Below are positions 1 to 9,918 of a stretch of DNA of 64,000 nucleotides, in pieces. A program made the translations under genes and the position numbers. Under the pieces are notes generated by a model. That model made no database searches, was not told where the DNA came from, and saw only the letters and a list, made by a program, of their open reading frames with translations. The first letter of the stretch is position 1; the number at the start of each line of letters is the position of its first letter. This DNA comes from Terriglobia bacterium (GTDB lineage Bacteria > Acidobacteriota > Terriglobia > JAJPHL01 > JAPKYU01), in assembly GCA_965206645.1 (NCBI GenBank), contig CBDBKE010000004.1, positions 896,001-960,000 of the forward strand, written 5' to 3'.

Positions 1-676
1 CTTTTTCCAGCTTGTAGCAGCGCTGCTTGAAGTAGGGGTAGGTGTTGACCTTGTTGTAGGTGACGCAGGGGCTGAAGGTGTCCACCAGGGCGAAACCGCG
101 GTGTTGGATGCCCGCGGCGATCACATCGGCCATGTGGCCCGGGTCGCCCGAGAAAGCTCGAGAAATGTAGGTCGCGCCGGAGACCAGCGCCAGCGCGATG
201 GGGTTGATGGGCAGCTCGGCGTTGCCCCGTGGCGTGGACTTGGTGCGCATTTCCTTGATGGTAGTGGGCGAGGCCTGGCCGGTGGTGAGCCCGTAGATCT
301 GGTTGTTCATCACCACGTAGGTCAGGTCCAGGTTCCGCCGCATGGCGTGGATGAAATGGCCAATGCCGATGCCGTAGCCATCCCCGTCGCCACCGGTGAT
401 CACCACCTTCAAGTCGGTGTTGGCAAACTTGGCGCCGCTGGCTACTGCCACTGCCCGCCCGTGCAAGCTGTGCACCCCGTAGGCGTGGATGTATCCTGGC
501 AGGTTGGAGGAGCAGCCAATTCCGGAGACCACCAGCAGGTCTTTGGGCTGCACTCCGGCTTTAGCGGCAGCCATCTTGACCGCCTTCAGAACAGCGAAGT
601 CGCCGCAACCGGGGCACCAGTCCGGCTCCACCGGACCAGCATAGGTTTGAATGGGCAGTTCCAGGACTGTGGCCAT
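1..676 (-). CDS. 2-oxoacid:ferredoxin oxidoreductase beta subunit (3' end runs off the window)
   Basis: Not in the ORF track. Hand translation from ATG at 676 gives MATVLELPIQTYAGPVEPDWCPGCGDF...SGIGCSS...HSLHGRA...GGDGDGYGIG...MNNQIYGLTTGQASPT, the TPP-binding beta-subunit motifs. It lies directly downstream of the alpha subunit. Confidence 0.93.
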   Translation of the reverse strand, partial: MATVLELPIQTYAGPVEPDWCPGCGDFAVLKAVKMAAAKAGVQPKDLLVVSGIGCSSNLPGYIHAYGVHSLHGRAVAVASGAKFANTDLKVVITGGDGDGYGIGIGHFIHAMRRNLDLTYVVMNNQIYGLTTGQASPTTIKEMRTKSTPRGNAELPINPIALALVSGATYISRAFSGDPGHMADVIAAGIQHRGFALVDTFSPCVTYNKVNTYPYFKQRCYKLEK

Positions 677-697
677 GCTTTTATTTCGCCTCCAAGA

Positions 698-2698
698 TTA
701 GTCGGCGGCCGCCGCCGGGACGGCCTGATAGGAATACGTGGCCCCGCTTTCCACGCCAATTTCCAGCTCACCGCGCCGGTGGCCCTCACTGCGGCTCACC
801 AGCTCGACGCGCCAGACCGGCTCCTGGCTTCCGTTGGCCGCCTCGCGCAGGATGCTGCCCGGGCGCACGCCGGCGCTGAGGTGGACGCGGATGTAGTGAT
901 AGGCGATCTCGCGCGCATCTTCCTCGCTGACGCTCAGGTCCAGTGGCTTGCCGGCCAGGATGCGTTGGACCTCGCGAACCACGAACAGCGGTTCGAAAGG
1001 CTCGCCATCGTACCTACGGACGACGTCGCGCACGCCGTAACCGGTCTCGGCGCGCAAGTGGCGGGCGAACTGACCGGTGAAGCTCACCTCTACCACGACG
1101 GCGCACCGCGCAGGCTGGAGAATCTCCAGAACCTCCCGGCTGTGGAACGGGTGGATATACTTGATCGACAGGTGGCTGGCGCGAATGCCCGCCTCGGCCA
1201 ACAACGGAATTGCATCCCGGACCACACCCTCGCTCGAACCCCAGGTGATCAGCACGACGTCGGCATCGGCGGGACCTTCCAGTTTCGGCGTGGGCAGGTC
1301 CCTAGCCACCGCTTCCATCTTTTTCATCCGACGCTCCATCACCTTGCGGCGCAGCGGGGCGTTGGTGAACTCGTCGCTGATCAGAATGCCTTCCTCGTCA
1401 TGGTCGTCGGTGCCCGCCACGTGCACGGTGTTGTCGGTTCCCGGCAACGCGCGGGGCGCGACCCCCTCGGGCACGTTTAAGGCGAAGCGCTTGTACTTGC
1501 CGTTCTCCGCCGGCCAGTCGGTCACCAACGCACCGCGCTCAATGGGCACGTCGGACCGCATCGCGTCCGGCTCGATGGTCTCTGGGTGCTCGCTGAGCAG
1601 CAGGTCGGAGATGATGATTACGGGCAGCTGGTACTTCTCGGCCAGGTTGAATGCCTCCACGGCGGTGTGGAAACAGTCGGTGGTGTTGGTGGGGGCAATG
1701 ATGACCCGCGGGTAATCGCCTTGGGAAGCGCCGAATACCTGGTTCAGGTCTGCCTGCTCAGTCTTGGTAGGAATCCCGGTTGAGGGGCCGCCCCGCTGCA
1801 CCTCGACGATCACCACCGGCGCCTCGATCATGCCCGCCATCCCGATGCCCTCGGTCATCAACGCGAAGCCGCCGCCGGAGGTGGCGCACATGGCCCGGAC
1901 ACCGGCGTAGCCGGCCCCCACCGCCATATTCACCACGGCCAGCTCATCCTCGCACTGCTTGACCAATATCCCGCAGCGGTCGGCGTGCGCCGCCATCCAG
2001 TGCAGGATGGAGGAAGCCGGCGTCATCGGGTAGGCCGAATAAAACTTGCAGCCAGCGGTGGCCGCGCCCAGAGCCAGCGCCTCGTTGCCGGTGATGAAGG
2101 GCCGCCGCAGGCGGCTGAAGTTCCAGGTGTAGCCCAGCGGCACAAACCGTTCACGCGCATAGTCGTAGCCGACGCGCGCCAGCTTTACGTTCAGCTCGAC
2201 CACCGCAGCACCCTTGTGCTGGAAGGTATCGTCGAGCACTTCCGCCAGCGTCTCGAACTCCAGCCCAATCAGGAAAAGCAACGCGCCCAGCGCCACCGTG
2301 TTCTGCATCACCGGCTGCAGCTTGCCCAGAGGGCGGGACAGCTCCCCAACCGGGATGGGCACCGGCAGCACCTGGTCGGCAAGCAGTTGGGCATCGCAGT
2401 GCAGCTTGTCGGAGTTGAACAGTACGGCGCCGCCGGGATTCACTTCGGGGGCGTGGCGCTCGATGGAGTCCTGGTTCAGAGCGATCAGGGCGTTCAAATG
2501 GTCGCCGTGCGAATTCAGTTTCTGCTCCCCCATCCGCACCCGCAGCCAGATGTGACCGCCGCGGATAACGGACTGGTAGGAGTTGTATGCATAGAGGTGG
2601 AGCCCCAGGCGCGAAGCGGTCTTGGCCAGAGAATCGCCTGATTTGTCCAGCCCGTCTCCGGCCGCGCCACCAATCCCGATAGTAACTTCGCGAGACAT
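698..2698 (-). CDS. 2-oxoacid:acceptor oxidoreductase alpha subunit (gamma-alpha fused) with C-terminal extension
   Basis: Motifs IGGAAGDG, YQSVIRGG, YPMTPAS, QCEDE, ATSGGGF, QRGGPSTG. Start moved to MSREVTIG at 2698, because the ORF-track extension overlaps recR. Confidence 0.93.
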   Translation of the reverse strand: MSREVTIGIGGAAGDGLDKSGDSLAKTASRLGLHLYAYNSYQSVIRGGHIWLRVRMGEQKLNSHGDHLNALIALNQDSIERHAPEVNPGGAVLFNSDKLHCDAQLLADQVLPVPIPVGELSRPLGKLQPVMQNTVALGALLFLIGLEFETLAEVLDDTFQHKGAAVVELNVKLARVGYDYARERFVPLGYTWNFSRLRRPFITGNEALALGAATAGCKFYSAYPMTPASSILHWMAAHADRCGILVKQCEDELAVVNMAVGAGYAGVRAMCATSGGGFALMTEGIGMAGMIEAPVVIVEVQRGGPSTGIPTKTEQADLNQVFGASQGDYPRVIIAPTNTTDCFHTAVEAFNLAEKYQLPVIIISDLLLSEHPETIEPDAMRSDVPIERGALVTDWPAENGKYKRFALNVPEGVAPRALPGTDNTVHVAGTDDHDEEGILISDEFTNAPLRRKVMERRMKKMEAVARDLPTPKLEGPADADVVLITWGSSEGVVRDAIPLLAEAGIRASHLSIKYIHPFHSREVLEILQPARCAVVVEVSFTGQFARHLRAETGYGVRDVVRRYDGEPFEPLFVVREVQRILAGKPLDLSVSEEDAREIAYHYIRVHLSAGVRPGSILREAANGSQEPVWRVELVSRSEGHRRGELEIGVESGATYSYQAVPAAAAD

Positions 2699-2729
2699 AC
2701 GCCCCCCTCGCAACCTCTGCTGCGGCGGG

Positions 2730-3332
2730 TTACAGTTCCCGCCGCCCCTCGAGCGCTTTCGACATGGTGACTTCGTCGGCGTACTCGAGGTCGCTGCCGA
2801 CCGGAACGCCCATGGCAATCCGGGTGACCTTCACCCCCAGCGGCTTCAACAGCTTGGAAAGATACACCGCAGTTGCTTCGCCCTCGACGTTGGGGTTGGT
2901 CGCCATGATGACCTCTTGAATCTTACCCGCTTTTAGCCTCTCTATCAAACCCTTTATCCGTAACTGATCCGGGCCGACGCCGGAGAGCGGCGAAAGCGCT
3001 CCCAACAGCACGTGGTAGTAGCCGTTGTACTCTCGGGTCTTCTCCACGGCCACAATGTCGTTGGGCTGCTGGACCACGCACAGCAGGCGGGGGTCGCGGC
3101 TCAGGTTGGCGCAATAGCGACACGGGTCTACATCGGTAATGTTGTTACAGATCGAGCAATACCCCACCTTCTCCTTGACGTCCAGCACAGCGTCGGCCAG
3201 CGCCCGCGCCTCTTCCTTGGACCAGGAATGCAAAAAGTGAAAGGCCATGCGCTCGGCCGACTTCTGTCCGACCCCGGGCAGGCGCTTCAGCTGCTGGATC
3301 AGCCGAACGATGGGTTCAGCGTAGTCGGGCAT
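2730..3332 (-). CDS. recR: Recombination mediator RecR
   Basis: [11 protein letters not shown] HhH motif, CSIC..CRYC zinc finger, TOPRIM motif [12 protein letters not shown]. Start at MPDYAEP (3332). Confidence 0.97.
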   Translation of the reverse strand: MPDYAEPIVRLIQQLKRLPGVGQKSAERMAFHFLHSWSKEEARALADAVLDVKEKVGYCSICNNITDVDPCRYCANLSRDPRLLCVVQQPNDIVAVEKTREYNGYYHVLLGALSPLSGVGPDQLRIKGLIERLKAGKIQEVIMATNPNVEGEATAVYLSKLLKPLGVKVTRIAMGVPVGSDLEYADEVTMSKALEGRREL

Positions 3333-3634
3333 CAGAACATCCCGGGAAGCCCCAGCCCGCCCGTCAGCGCGCCCATCTTGGATTGCAGTTCCGCGTCCAC
3401 CTTGCGGGAGCACTCGTTGACGGCGGCCAGCACCAGGTCCTGGAGCATCTCCACATCGGCATCTTTCACGGCTTCTGGATCAATTTTCAGCTCCAGCAGG
3501 TGCTTGTGGCCATTCATCTTCACCTGCACCATGCCACCCCCGGAGGTGGCCTCCACCCGCAGCTCCTCGAGCTGTTTTTGCATCTGTTCCTGGATTTTTC
3601 GGACCTGACCCATCATCTGCTGCAGGTTGGGCAT
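3332..3634 (-). CDS. ybaB: YbaB/EbfC nucleoid-associated protein
   Basis: [29 protein letters not shown]; canonical position between dnaX and recR. Confidence 0.95.
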   Translation of the reverse strand: MPNLQQMMGQVRKIQEQMQKQLEELRVEATSGGGMVQVKMNGHKHLLELKIDPEAVKDADVEMLQDLVLAAVNECSRKVDAELQSKMGALTGGLGLPGMF

Positions 3635-3643
3635 GGGGGCTCC

Positions 3644-5338
3644 TTATTCTGGCGTCTTGAACTCTTCGACTTGCAAGATATCGGCTGCAAACAAGCGAAT
3701 GAACTCGGCCACCTGGGGATCCTCTCGGATGCGCTCGGAGGGGATGGAGGCGACCGAGAGTTTCTCGCTTTCGACGTCGTCGCGGGCGGTTCCGCTGTGG
3801 GCGGGCGCGGGCACCTCGTCCTCCAGCGCCACTCGAAAGGTCACCGGCCGGCCCAGCAGCTCACTGCAGAGCTGGCGCACCAGCACTTCGTCCTGTCGGC
3901 TGATGACGTGGCGGGCTCCGTTTTCGCGAGGGAAGCAGGCCAGCACCTCCTGCTCGCTGACCCGCCAACCGCTGGCCTGCTCCAGATTGACCGCCAGCAT
4001 CTTCTTGGAGAGCTGCTCCAGGCGCGCCAGCAAGCGGCTCGGGATCGGCTCGAGCGGGCCGGGGGAAACCCGCGACGGCGCGGTGGCCGGCTGGTCGGAC
4101 TCGGCCGGGCTGGCGCGCTTGCGAGACAGGTCGGCTTCAAATGGCGACGGGGCGCGTCCCCGCCCGCTCGGGGGCGCATCTCCAGGCGGAGCGCTTCCCG
4201 GCGGACTTGGCTCACTCTCCATCCGAGTTAACAGCTCCTCCAGCGGGACCAGACGCCGGGCGTGCACCAGCTTCAGCAGGCCCAGTTCGGTGTGGAAGCG
4301 CGGGGTGGCGGAGCGCTGTACGTCGGCATACAGGTCCAGGCTTAGTTGCAGTAGCCGTGTCAAGTCCTCTTCGGTGAAGTTTTCGGCCAACCCGGCCAGT
4401 CGCTCGCATTCCTGCTGCGGCGCCTCCACCAGTCCGCTGCTGGCGCCAGCGGTTTTCAATACCAGCAGGTTCCGCAAATGGCGGACCAGCGCGCGGCAAA
4501 AGTTGCGCAGGTCGTGGCCCTGGCGGACCAGGCGGTCCGCCAGCTCCAGCATCCGCTCGCTGGAGGCCTCTCGGACCGCGCCCACTGCTTCGTCCAGCAC
4601 CCCGGCCTCGACCACGCCCAGCAACTCGCGCACCGCCTTCCCGTCCAGCTCACGGCCGCAGCAGGCAATGGCCTGGTCCAGCGCGGACAGCGCATCGCGC
4701 AGGCTACCTTCGGCTGAACTGGTCAGTACGGCCAGTACCTCCTCGCTGGCTTGAATGCCTTCGTTGCGGCAAATCCGCTGCAACTCGGTCATTGTCTCGG
4801 CGAAACCCAGGTTGTGAAAACGGAACGACTGGCAGCGGGAGACGATCGTCGGCGGGATGGCGTGAGCCGCGGTGGTGCAGAAGATGAACAGGACGTTGCT
4901 CGGCGGCTCTTCCAGAGTTTTCAGCAGCGCGTTCCAGGCGTCGCGGGTGATCTGGTGCGCTTCGTCCACGATGTAGACCTTGTACCGGTCCCGCGCCGGC
5001 GCGTAGCGCACGTTCTCGCGCAGCGCCCGGATCTCATCAATCCCGCGATTGGAGGCGGCGTCAATTTCGATGACGTCCACCGAGTTGCCGGCCGCGATTT
5101 CCAGGCAGGAGGGGCATTCCCCGCACGGCTCCGGCGCCGGCCCCTTCGCGCAGTTGAGCGCCTTGGCCAGCAGCCTCGCCACCGTTGTCTTCCCGGTCCC
5201 GCGCTGGCCGGAGAAGATATAGCCGTGAGCAATGCGGTTCTGCGCGATGGCGTTGCGCAGAGTCTGCTTGATGTGCTCCTGATCGACGACTTCGGCGAAG
5301 GTCTGCGGGCGGTACTTCCGCGCTATGACGGTGTACAT
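3644..5338 (-). CDS. dnaX: DNA polymerase III subunit gamma/tau
   Basis: ARKYRPQTF, Walker A GQRGTGKTT, EIDAASN, DEAH, NALLKTLEEPP, SRC motif. Confidence 0.97.
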   Translation of the reverse strand: MYTVIARKYRPQTFAEVVDQEHIKQTLRNAIAQNRIAHGYIFSGQRGTGKTTVARLLAKALNCAKGPAPEPCGECPSCLEIAAGNSVDVIEIDAASNRGIDEIRALRENVRYAPARDRYKVYIVDEAHQITRDAWNALLKTLEEPPSNVLFIFCTTAAHAIPPTIVSRCQSFRFHNLGFAETMTELQRICRNEGIQASEEVLAVLTSSAEGSLRDALSALDQAIACCGRELDGKAVRELLGVVEAGVLDEAVGAVREASSERMLELADRLVRQGHDLRNFCRALVRHLRNLLVLKTAGASSGLVEAPQQECERLAGLAENFTEEDLTRLLQLSLDLYADVQRSATPRFHTELGLLKLVHARRLVPLEELLTRMESEPSPPGSAPPGDAPPSGRGRAPSPFEADLSRKRASPAESDQPATAPSRVSPGPLEPIPSRLLARLEQLSKKMLAVNLEQASGWRVSEQEVLACFPRENGARHVISRQDEVLVRQLCSELLGRPVTFRVALEDEVPAPAHSGTARDDVESEKLSVASIPSERIREDPQVAEFIRLFAADILQVEEFKTPE

Positions 5339-5383
5339 GCTTGGTTGAGCGCTTCCCCAGCAGCTGCGATTGCGCCCTGGCTG

Positions 5384-5725
5384 TTAGAGGGAGCGGTGTC
5401 GTTTTTCACGCAAGGCCACTCCGTAGGACTGTCCTAGAAATTGCGCCCCCTGGAACACCTTGCCTTCCACGGCCACCCGCGCTCCCTTCGACGGGACGCC
5501 GCTACTGCTGATCACCCAGATGGTGCCCGTATCATCGGAGACCTCGTAGGCGCCGCGGCCAATGGCTCCGACACTGTTCTGGACCGTCCCCTCAATGCGA
5601 ATCGTTTTCTTGGCCCAGCGAGACGGGTCCGCCAGGATGTCCTCGATCTTGACCTTCTGCGAGCATCCGCACAGCACCAGGCTCGTCAGCAAAAGAATCC
5701 CCGCCACTGCCCTGTCAGGTTTCAT
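5384..5725 (-). CDS. Small lipoprotein, probable OB-fold
   Basis: Lipobox-like LVLCGC, beta-rich pattern IEGTV..YEVSDDTGTIWV..GARVAVEGKV, GGAGG-like RBS upstream. Confidence 0.7.
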   Translation of the reverse strand: MKPDRAVAGILLLTSLVLCGCSQKVKIEDILADPSRWAKKTIRIEGTVQNSVGAIGRGAYEVSDDTGTIWVISSSGVPSKGARVAVEGKVFQGAQFLGQSYGVALREKRHRSL

Positions 5726-5865
5726 GCTTTCCCTCCACGCTTATGCCCTCCAGGCCTATGGACGGACTGGAGCGGCAATGGGATTCGATTTGAAGAGACA
5801 GATGCAGGCAGGAGCCTGAACCCGGATCACCGGCCAATCTGGAGTGGAATGTCACCGGACGAAAG

Positions 5866-5975
<110 letters not shown>

Positions 5976-6026
5976 ACTTCTGATGATACCACGCAGGAAC
6001 GGGTGGCGCCACGGCTCGTCTCCGTT

Positions 6027-6060
6027 GGTAGTGGGTCAGTTTCCGATAAGCCGACGATAC
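6027..6060 (+). repeat. Left arm of 34-bp imperfect inverted repeat (GGTAGTGGGTCAGTTTCCGATAAGCCGACGATAC)
   Basis: 31/34 identical to the reverse complement of 7822-7855. Confidence 0.9.
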
Positions 6061-6122
6061 AGGCATCTGAGCGGGTCTGAGCCATCACATCTGGGGGATA
6101 CCCCCTTGCATAAATTGCGAAC

Positions 6123-6400
6123 TCAGCGTCCCGGAAGACAGTACAAGTGTTCCGAGGTGGGATTCCAGGGCGGGATTGCGGAAACCGTAATCACCGGGTA
6201 TTCAATGCTGTCGACGACCTTGCACCCCTTGTCCGCCAGCAGCCTCTTCAACTGTCCGCACGTTTCTTCGGTGTTCTGATTCGATCCAATGACGATTTCG
6301 GCGGGCGCGATCCGCAGCCGCTGTGCCGGAAACGCTTTTCCGCAATTCATTCGCAACTTTAATGATGATGGAATCCGCCGAGACCAATTCAGCTTCGTCG
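6123..6400 (-). pseudogene. Possible gene remnant of unknown family
   Basis: Two overlapping short frames (6202-6387 and 6123-6356) each have protein-like stretches (ELVSADSIIIKVANELRK; IVIGSNQNTEETCGQLKRLLADKGCKVVDSIEYPVITV), consistent with a frameshifted relic. Confidence 0.25.
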
Positions 6401-6409
6401 TTCGTGCAG

Positions 6410-7438
6410 TTATGAGCCGTTGCCCCGGGGTTTAGTTGTCAGGAAGCGACGGATAAGATCAGCGATCAAGTCGCCGTCCTCTTCCAAAGCAAAGTGCCCC
6501 GTATCAAACAAATGGAACTCGACATTTTTTAGATCCCGCTTGTACGGGTGTGCGCCCGCCGCCGGGAAGATCTCGTCATTCGCGCCCCAGACGATCAATG
6601 TCGGCGGCTGCTGTTGGCGAAAATATTCCTGCCAGCTGGGATAGAGAGGCGGGTTGCTGCCGTAGTCGTAGAACAGTTGAAGTTGAATCGCCTCGTTTCC
6701 TGGCCGATCCAACAGCCGCTGGGTGACGTGCCAGTTGTCGGGGCTAATCAACTCTTTGTTGCGAACGCCGTTGGTGTACTGCCACTGTGTGGCGCCTAAA
6801 GTCACGAGAAACCGGAGCGCGTCCTCGTTCGACATGTTCGGCTGCTTGTAAGCAGCCTTGACATTCTTCCAAAAATCGTTGTCGAGGCCTTTGTTTATGG
6901 CTGCGCGATCTTTCCAGTATTCCTTGATCGGTTCCCAGAAGTTGTTGTCGATCCCTTCGACGTAGGCGTTGCCGTTCTGGATGATGAGTGACTCAACACG
7001 CGCTGGGTATTTTGCCGCCAAACGGAAGCCGATCGGCGCGCCATAGTCCATCAGATACAGGCTGTAGCGTTCGAGACCGAGTTTTGCGGTGAACTTGTCT
7101 ATGATTTGGCTGAGGTTGTCGAAGGTGTAGTCGAATTCGTCCACCGTCGGCATCGAGCTATTGCCATACCCGGGGTAGTCCGGCGCGACCAGGTGGAACT
7201 TGTCGGCGAGGGCCGGCATGAGATTGCGGAACATGTGCGAGGAGGTGGGGAAGCCATGGAGGAGCAGGATGGTCGGTGCATCCTTCGGTCCCGCCTCACG
7301 ATAGAAGATGTTCAGGCCGTCAACCTGGACTGTGCGGTACAGAACTTGGCGGTTCCGGGCCATGGCGGTGGGCGACACGGCTAACAAAAATGCTGTCGCC
7401 AAGAATGTTGCAGTTGCGGTTTGCTTCAGAGATTGCAT
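6410..7438 (-). CDS. Secreted alpha/beta hydrolase (epoxide hydrolase/haloalkane dehalogenase-like)
   Basis: Signal peptide, HGFP oxyanion motif, PDYPGYGNS, Asp nucleophile MDYGA, C-terminal GHFALE. Confidence 0.9.
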   Translation of the reverse strand: MQSLKQTATATFLATAFLLAVSPTAMARNRQVLYRTVQVDGLNIFYREAGPKDAPTILLLHGFPTSSHMFRNLMPALADKFHLVAPDYPGYGNSSMPTVDEFDYTFDNLSQIIDKFTAKLGLERYSLYLMDYGAPIGFRLAAKYPARVESLIIQNGNAYVEGIDNNFWEPIKEYWKDRAAINKGLDNDFWKNVKAAYKQPNMSNEDALRFLVTLGATQWQYTNGVRNKELISPDNWHVTQRLLDRPGNEAIQLQLFYDYGSNPPLYPSWQEYFRQQQPPTLIVWGANDEIFPAAGAHPYKRDLKNVEFHLFDTGHFALEEDGDLIADLIRRFLTTKPRGNGS

Positions 7439-7821
7439 TTTGTCCCTCCCATCCTTTGGATCTGTTGAACTACCGGTAGAGATTAACCGGGATTTCCATT
7501 TCCAACTTTACCTTTGCGCAAAATCATACGCCAGCGCCCCTCCCGCTCCAAGCTCAAATCGCCATGCGCAAGGGGGTGGGCCAGAAACAGGGGGGTATAG
7601 TGCTTACCCCGTCAACGCTGCGACTCGGCCAGTCGCGCCGGTAGTCTTCCGCTGCTGTACTGGAGGAGTCCAGGCGGCACGAGATACACCGCCAATCCCG
7701 GATAGATTGCCCCTAACCCCCCAGTTCTTTCCGGTCCGGCTGCAACCCCCGAATGGTCGCCGACTCGGAAAGTACCCCAGCGCTTTGCCGCTCCTCGGCT
7801 AACGTCGGCGGCCACTTGGAC

Positions 7822-7855
7822 GTATAGCCGGCTTACCGGAAACTGACCCACTACC
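7822..7855 (-). repeat. Right arm of 34-bp inverted repeat
   Basis: + strand GTATAGCCGGCTTACCGGAAACTGACCCACTACC; partner of 6027-6060. Confidence 0.9.
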
Positions 7856-7884
7856 CCACGTTTCCCAACGAGCCACGCATGGCG

Positions 7885-8676
7885 TCAGGCGCCGCGCGTA
7901 AAGATCTCGACGCCGCGGCGTACGGCGTCTTCCTCCGGACCGCGCGGCGCAAACTCCAGGCCCACGTAGCCACGGTAGTCGAGGGACTGGAGTGTCTCGG
8001 CCACGCGGCGGTAGTCGAGCTCGCTGCGGTCGAGTTCACCGCGCTCCGTTGTGCCGGCGACGTGGACGTGGCCGAGGAAAGGAAAGGAACGTCGCAGCAT
8101 GGCGCAGACATCTTCGCCCATCAGCGCCATGTGGTAGCAGTCCAGCAGCAGGCGGATGGAAGGATGGCCCACTTCCTCCAGGATTCCCAGGGCCGTCTCA
8201 GTACTTGCGAGGGAATAACGGGGGTGATCGCGGACGGTGTTGAGGGGCTCCAGCCATAGGGCACAGCCGGCCCGTTCCGCCATCGGGGCCAGCGCTTTCA
8301 ATCCAGCGACTAGGCTGGTCTTGCGGACTGCAGCGGGAATTCGCTCATCCACAGTCGAGCTACAGTCCGGATTCAGTCCGTCGCTCAGCAACAGCAGTCC
8401 AGGGCACCCCAGGCGCTTCGCGGTCTCCAGTGAATCGCCGATCTCGGCCAACAGCGCTTTCCGGTCGCCTTCCTTTACCAGGGATCCCAGGCGGCTCGCG
8501 CTGAAAGCCGCAATCTCCAGACCTCCGGCGGTGGCAGCCGCTTTTAGTTCATCGAAGTTCTTCCCTTCGGCGGTCCAGAACTCCACTCCCTGGACGCCCA
8601 GCTTGGCGGCCCGGGCTATCCGCTGGAGGTACGGCTCCCCCGTAAAAATCATTTCGAGCGACAGTGAAAGTTTCAT
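7885..8676 (-). CDS. Hydroxypyruvate isomerase family / sugar phosphate isomerase TIM barrel
   Basis: GVEFW, LEPLNTVRDHP, LLDCYHM, GHVHVAG..RGE, YRGYVGLEF. Confidence 0.85.
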   Translation of the reverse strand: MKLSLSLEMIFTGEPYLQRIARAAKLGVQGVEFWTAEGKNFDELKAAATAGGLEIAAFSASRLGSLVKEGDRKALLAEIGDSLETAKRLGCPGLLLLSDGLNPDCSSTVDERIPAAVRKTSLVAGLKALAPMAERAGCALWLEPLNTVRDHPRYSLASTETALGILEEVGHPSIRLLLDCYHMALMGEDVCAMLRRSFPFLGHVHVAGTTERGELDRSELDYRRVAETLQSLDYRGYVGLEFAPRGPEEDAVRRGVEIFTRGA

Positions 8677-8854
8677 GGGAGCGCATCATCTTCCAACGGC
8701 CACTGAAAATCAAGCGTCAAGGCTGATCCCGGAATACGCAGCGCCCCCAGATCTGCACACGGTTGGCGTCTCTTCTCTTTCTGTTTCTTGTGGACCTGGT
8801 GAGGGTAGGGATTGTGCTTCTGGGCTTCAGAGAACTGCAGGCTGCGCGCTGGCG

Positions 8855-9799
8855 CTAGACTGGCTGGCCGCTTTGCTCCTCGGCTACCGGCGCCATCTCG
8901 CGGAAGAATTGCTCGGCAAAGCGGCGCACCCGCTGGCTTTCCGAGCGGCTGTGCCGGGCCGCGGCCAGATAGGGGATCACCATGAATGGCAGCAGTCCGA
9001 GGCTGATGCCCAGATTGCGCAGGCGCTTCAGCAGGGAGAATTCGCCCGAGCGCACGTCCACGATGTAGGGGTAGTAGCGCAGAACCACGCCATAAATGTC
9101 ACCGGCCAACTGCCACTGGTTGCAGTGCGAGCCGGTCACATAGGTGCGGCCGTCGCGGATAGCGGCCAGGAACTCTTCTTTGGTGCGCGCCGCCTGAGCC
9201 ACCGTGTAGGTGCGGCCGATGCGGCGCAGCGTATGGGAATCGCTGCCGCCAATGCGGGACAGCCTTTTGCCTTGCCGCTCCAGGTGCTGGAGCAGTTGCG
9301 AGACAAACAGGTTGTGGACCCGCTGCATCGAGCCATTCTGCTCTTCGAACACGTCGAACAGCTCCGCCATCCGCGCCATGTACTGCTGCAGGTGCTCGGT
9401 CTTATGGAAGTCGTGAAAGAAATGGTTCAAGGCAAACAGCACCTTCTGCGCGCGCAGATATCCCACCAGCTCCCGAACGTCACCGCGCAACTTCTGGATG
9501 TCGCGGTGCTGGCTTTCCGTGATGCCGTACACGCCAATGTGGATCCGGTGCCCGAACTCGGGCACGTAAGTCGTGACCTCCTCGCCGATCAGAAAGTCCT
9601 CCACCGGATGGCGGTTCAGCAGCTCCAGGCAGCCATCAATGGAATCGTGGTCGGTGATGGTCACCAGGTCCATGCCTCGCTTCTTGGCCGTGCGGTAAAC
9701 GGCCAGCGGCGAGGAGTAGGAATCGCGACAGCGGAGGATGCGCAGGTGCCCGGCGGTGCCCGAGAAATAGGAATGGACGTGCAGATCGGCCCGAAGCAT
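8855..9799 (-). CDS. PHP-domain metal-dependent phosphoesterase
   Basis: ADLHVHS, TITDHD, GEEV, GGSDSH motifs. Start at MLRADLHVH (9799). Confidence 0.85.
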   Translation of the reverse strand: MLRADLHVHSYFSGTAGHLRILRCRDSYSSPLAVYRTAKKRGMDLVTITDHDSIDGCLELLNRHPVEDFLIGEEVTTYVPEFGHRIHIGVYGITESQHRDIQKLRGDVRELVGYLRAQKVLFALNHFFHDFHKTEHLQQYMARMAELFDVFEEQNGSMQRVHNLFVSQLLQHLERQGKRLSRIGGSDSHTLRRIGRTYTVAQAARTKEEFLAAIRDGRTYVTGSHCNQWQLAGDIYGVVLRYYPYIVDVRSGEFSLLKRLRNLGISLGLLPFMVIPYLAAARHSRSESQRVRRFAEQFFREMAPVAEEQSGQPV

Positions 9800-9863
9800 G
9801 TTTACGCTGTGGCCCTCCGTTTGCCTCCTGCCAAGGGGAAGGGGCCCTTTCGGAGACAGGGAT

Positions 9864-9891
9864 ATACTAACGGGGTTCGGCCAACAGTCAA
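9864..9891 (-). promoter_or_regulatory. sigma70-like promoter for the PHP gene
   Basis: Minus strand TTGACT-N16-TAGTAT about 65 bp upstream of the ATG. Confidence 0.5.
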
Positions 9892-9918
9892 GCGATCCGT
9901 ATCTGCGGCCGACCTTGT

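Larger units (their letters stand above)
6027..7855. mobile_element. Putative non-autonomous cassette bounded by inverted repeats, carrying an alpha/beta hydrolase
   Basis: Inverted repeats at both ends and lower-GC interior (lines 6841 and 6901: 45-50% GC). No transposase and no clear target-site duplication. Confidence 0.55.

Noticed and set aside
101-1480. Long antisense/overlapping ORFs (e.g. 101-1480, 8237-10009, 19035-20102, 45813-46985, 48145-49350)
   Set aside because: They shadow well-supported genes on the other strand and lack motifs, as expected in high-GC DNA.
3644-5338. Programmed -1 frameshift in dnaX
   Set aside because: No A-AAA-AAG or long A-run slippery site seen.
7514-7533. 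sigma54 promoter for the hydrolase (TGGCGTATGATTTTGC)
   Set aside because: GG-to-GC spacing is 11 nt, not the required 10.
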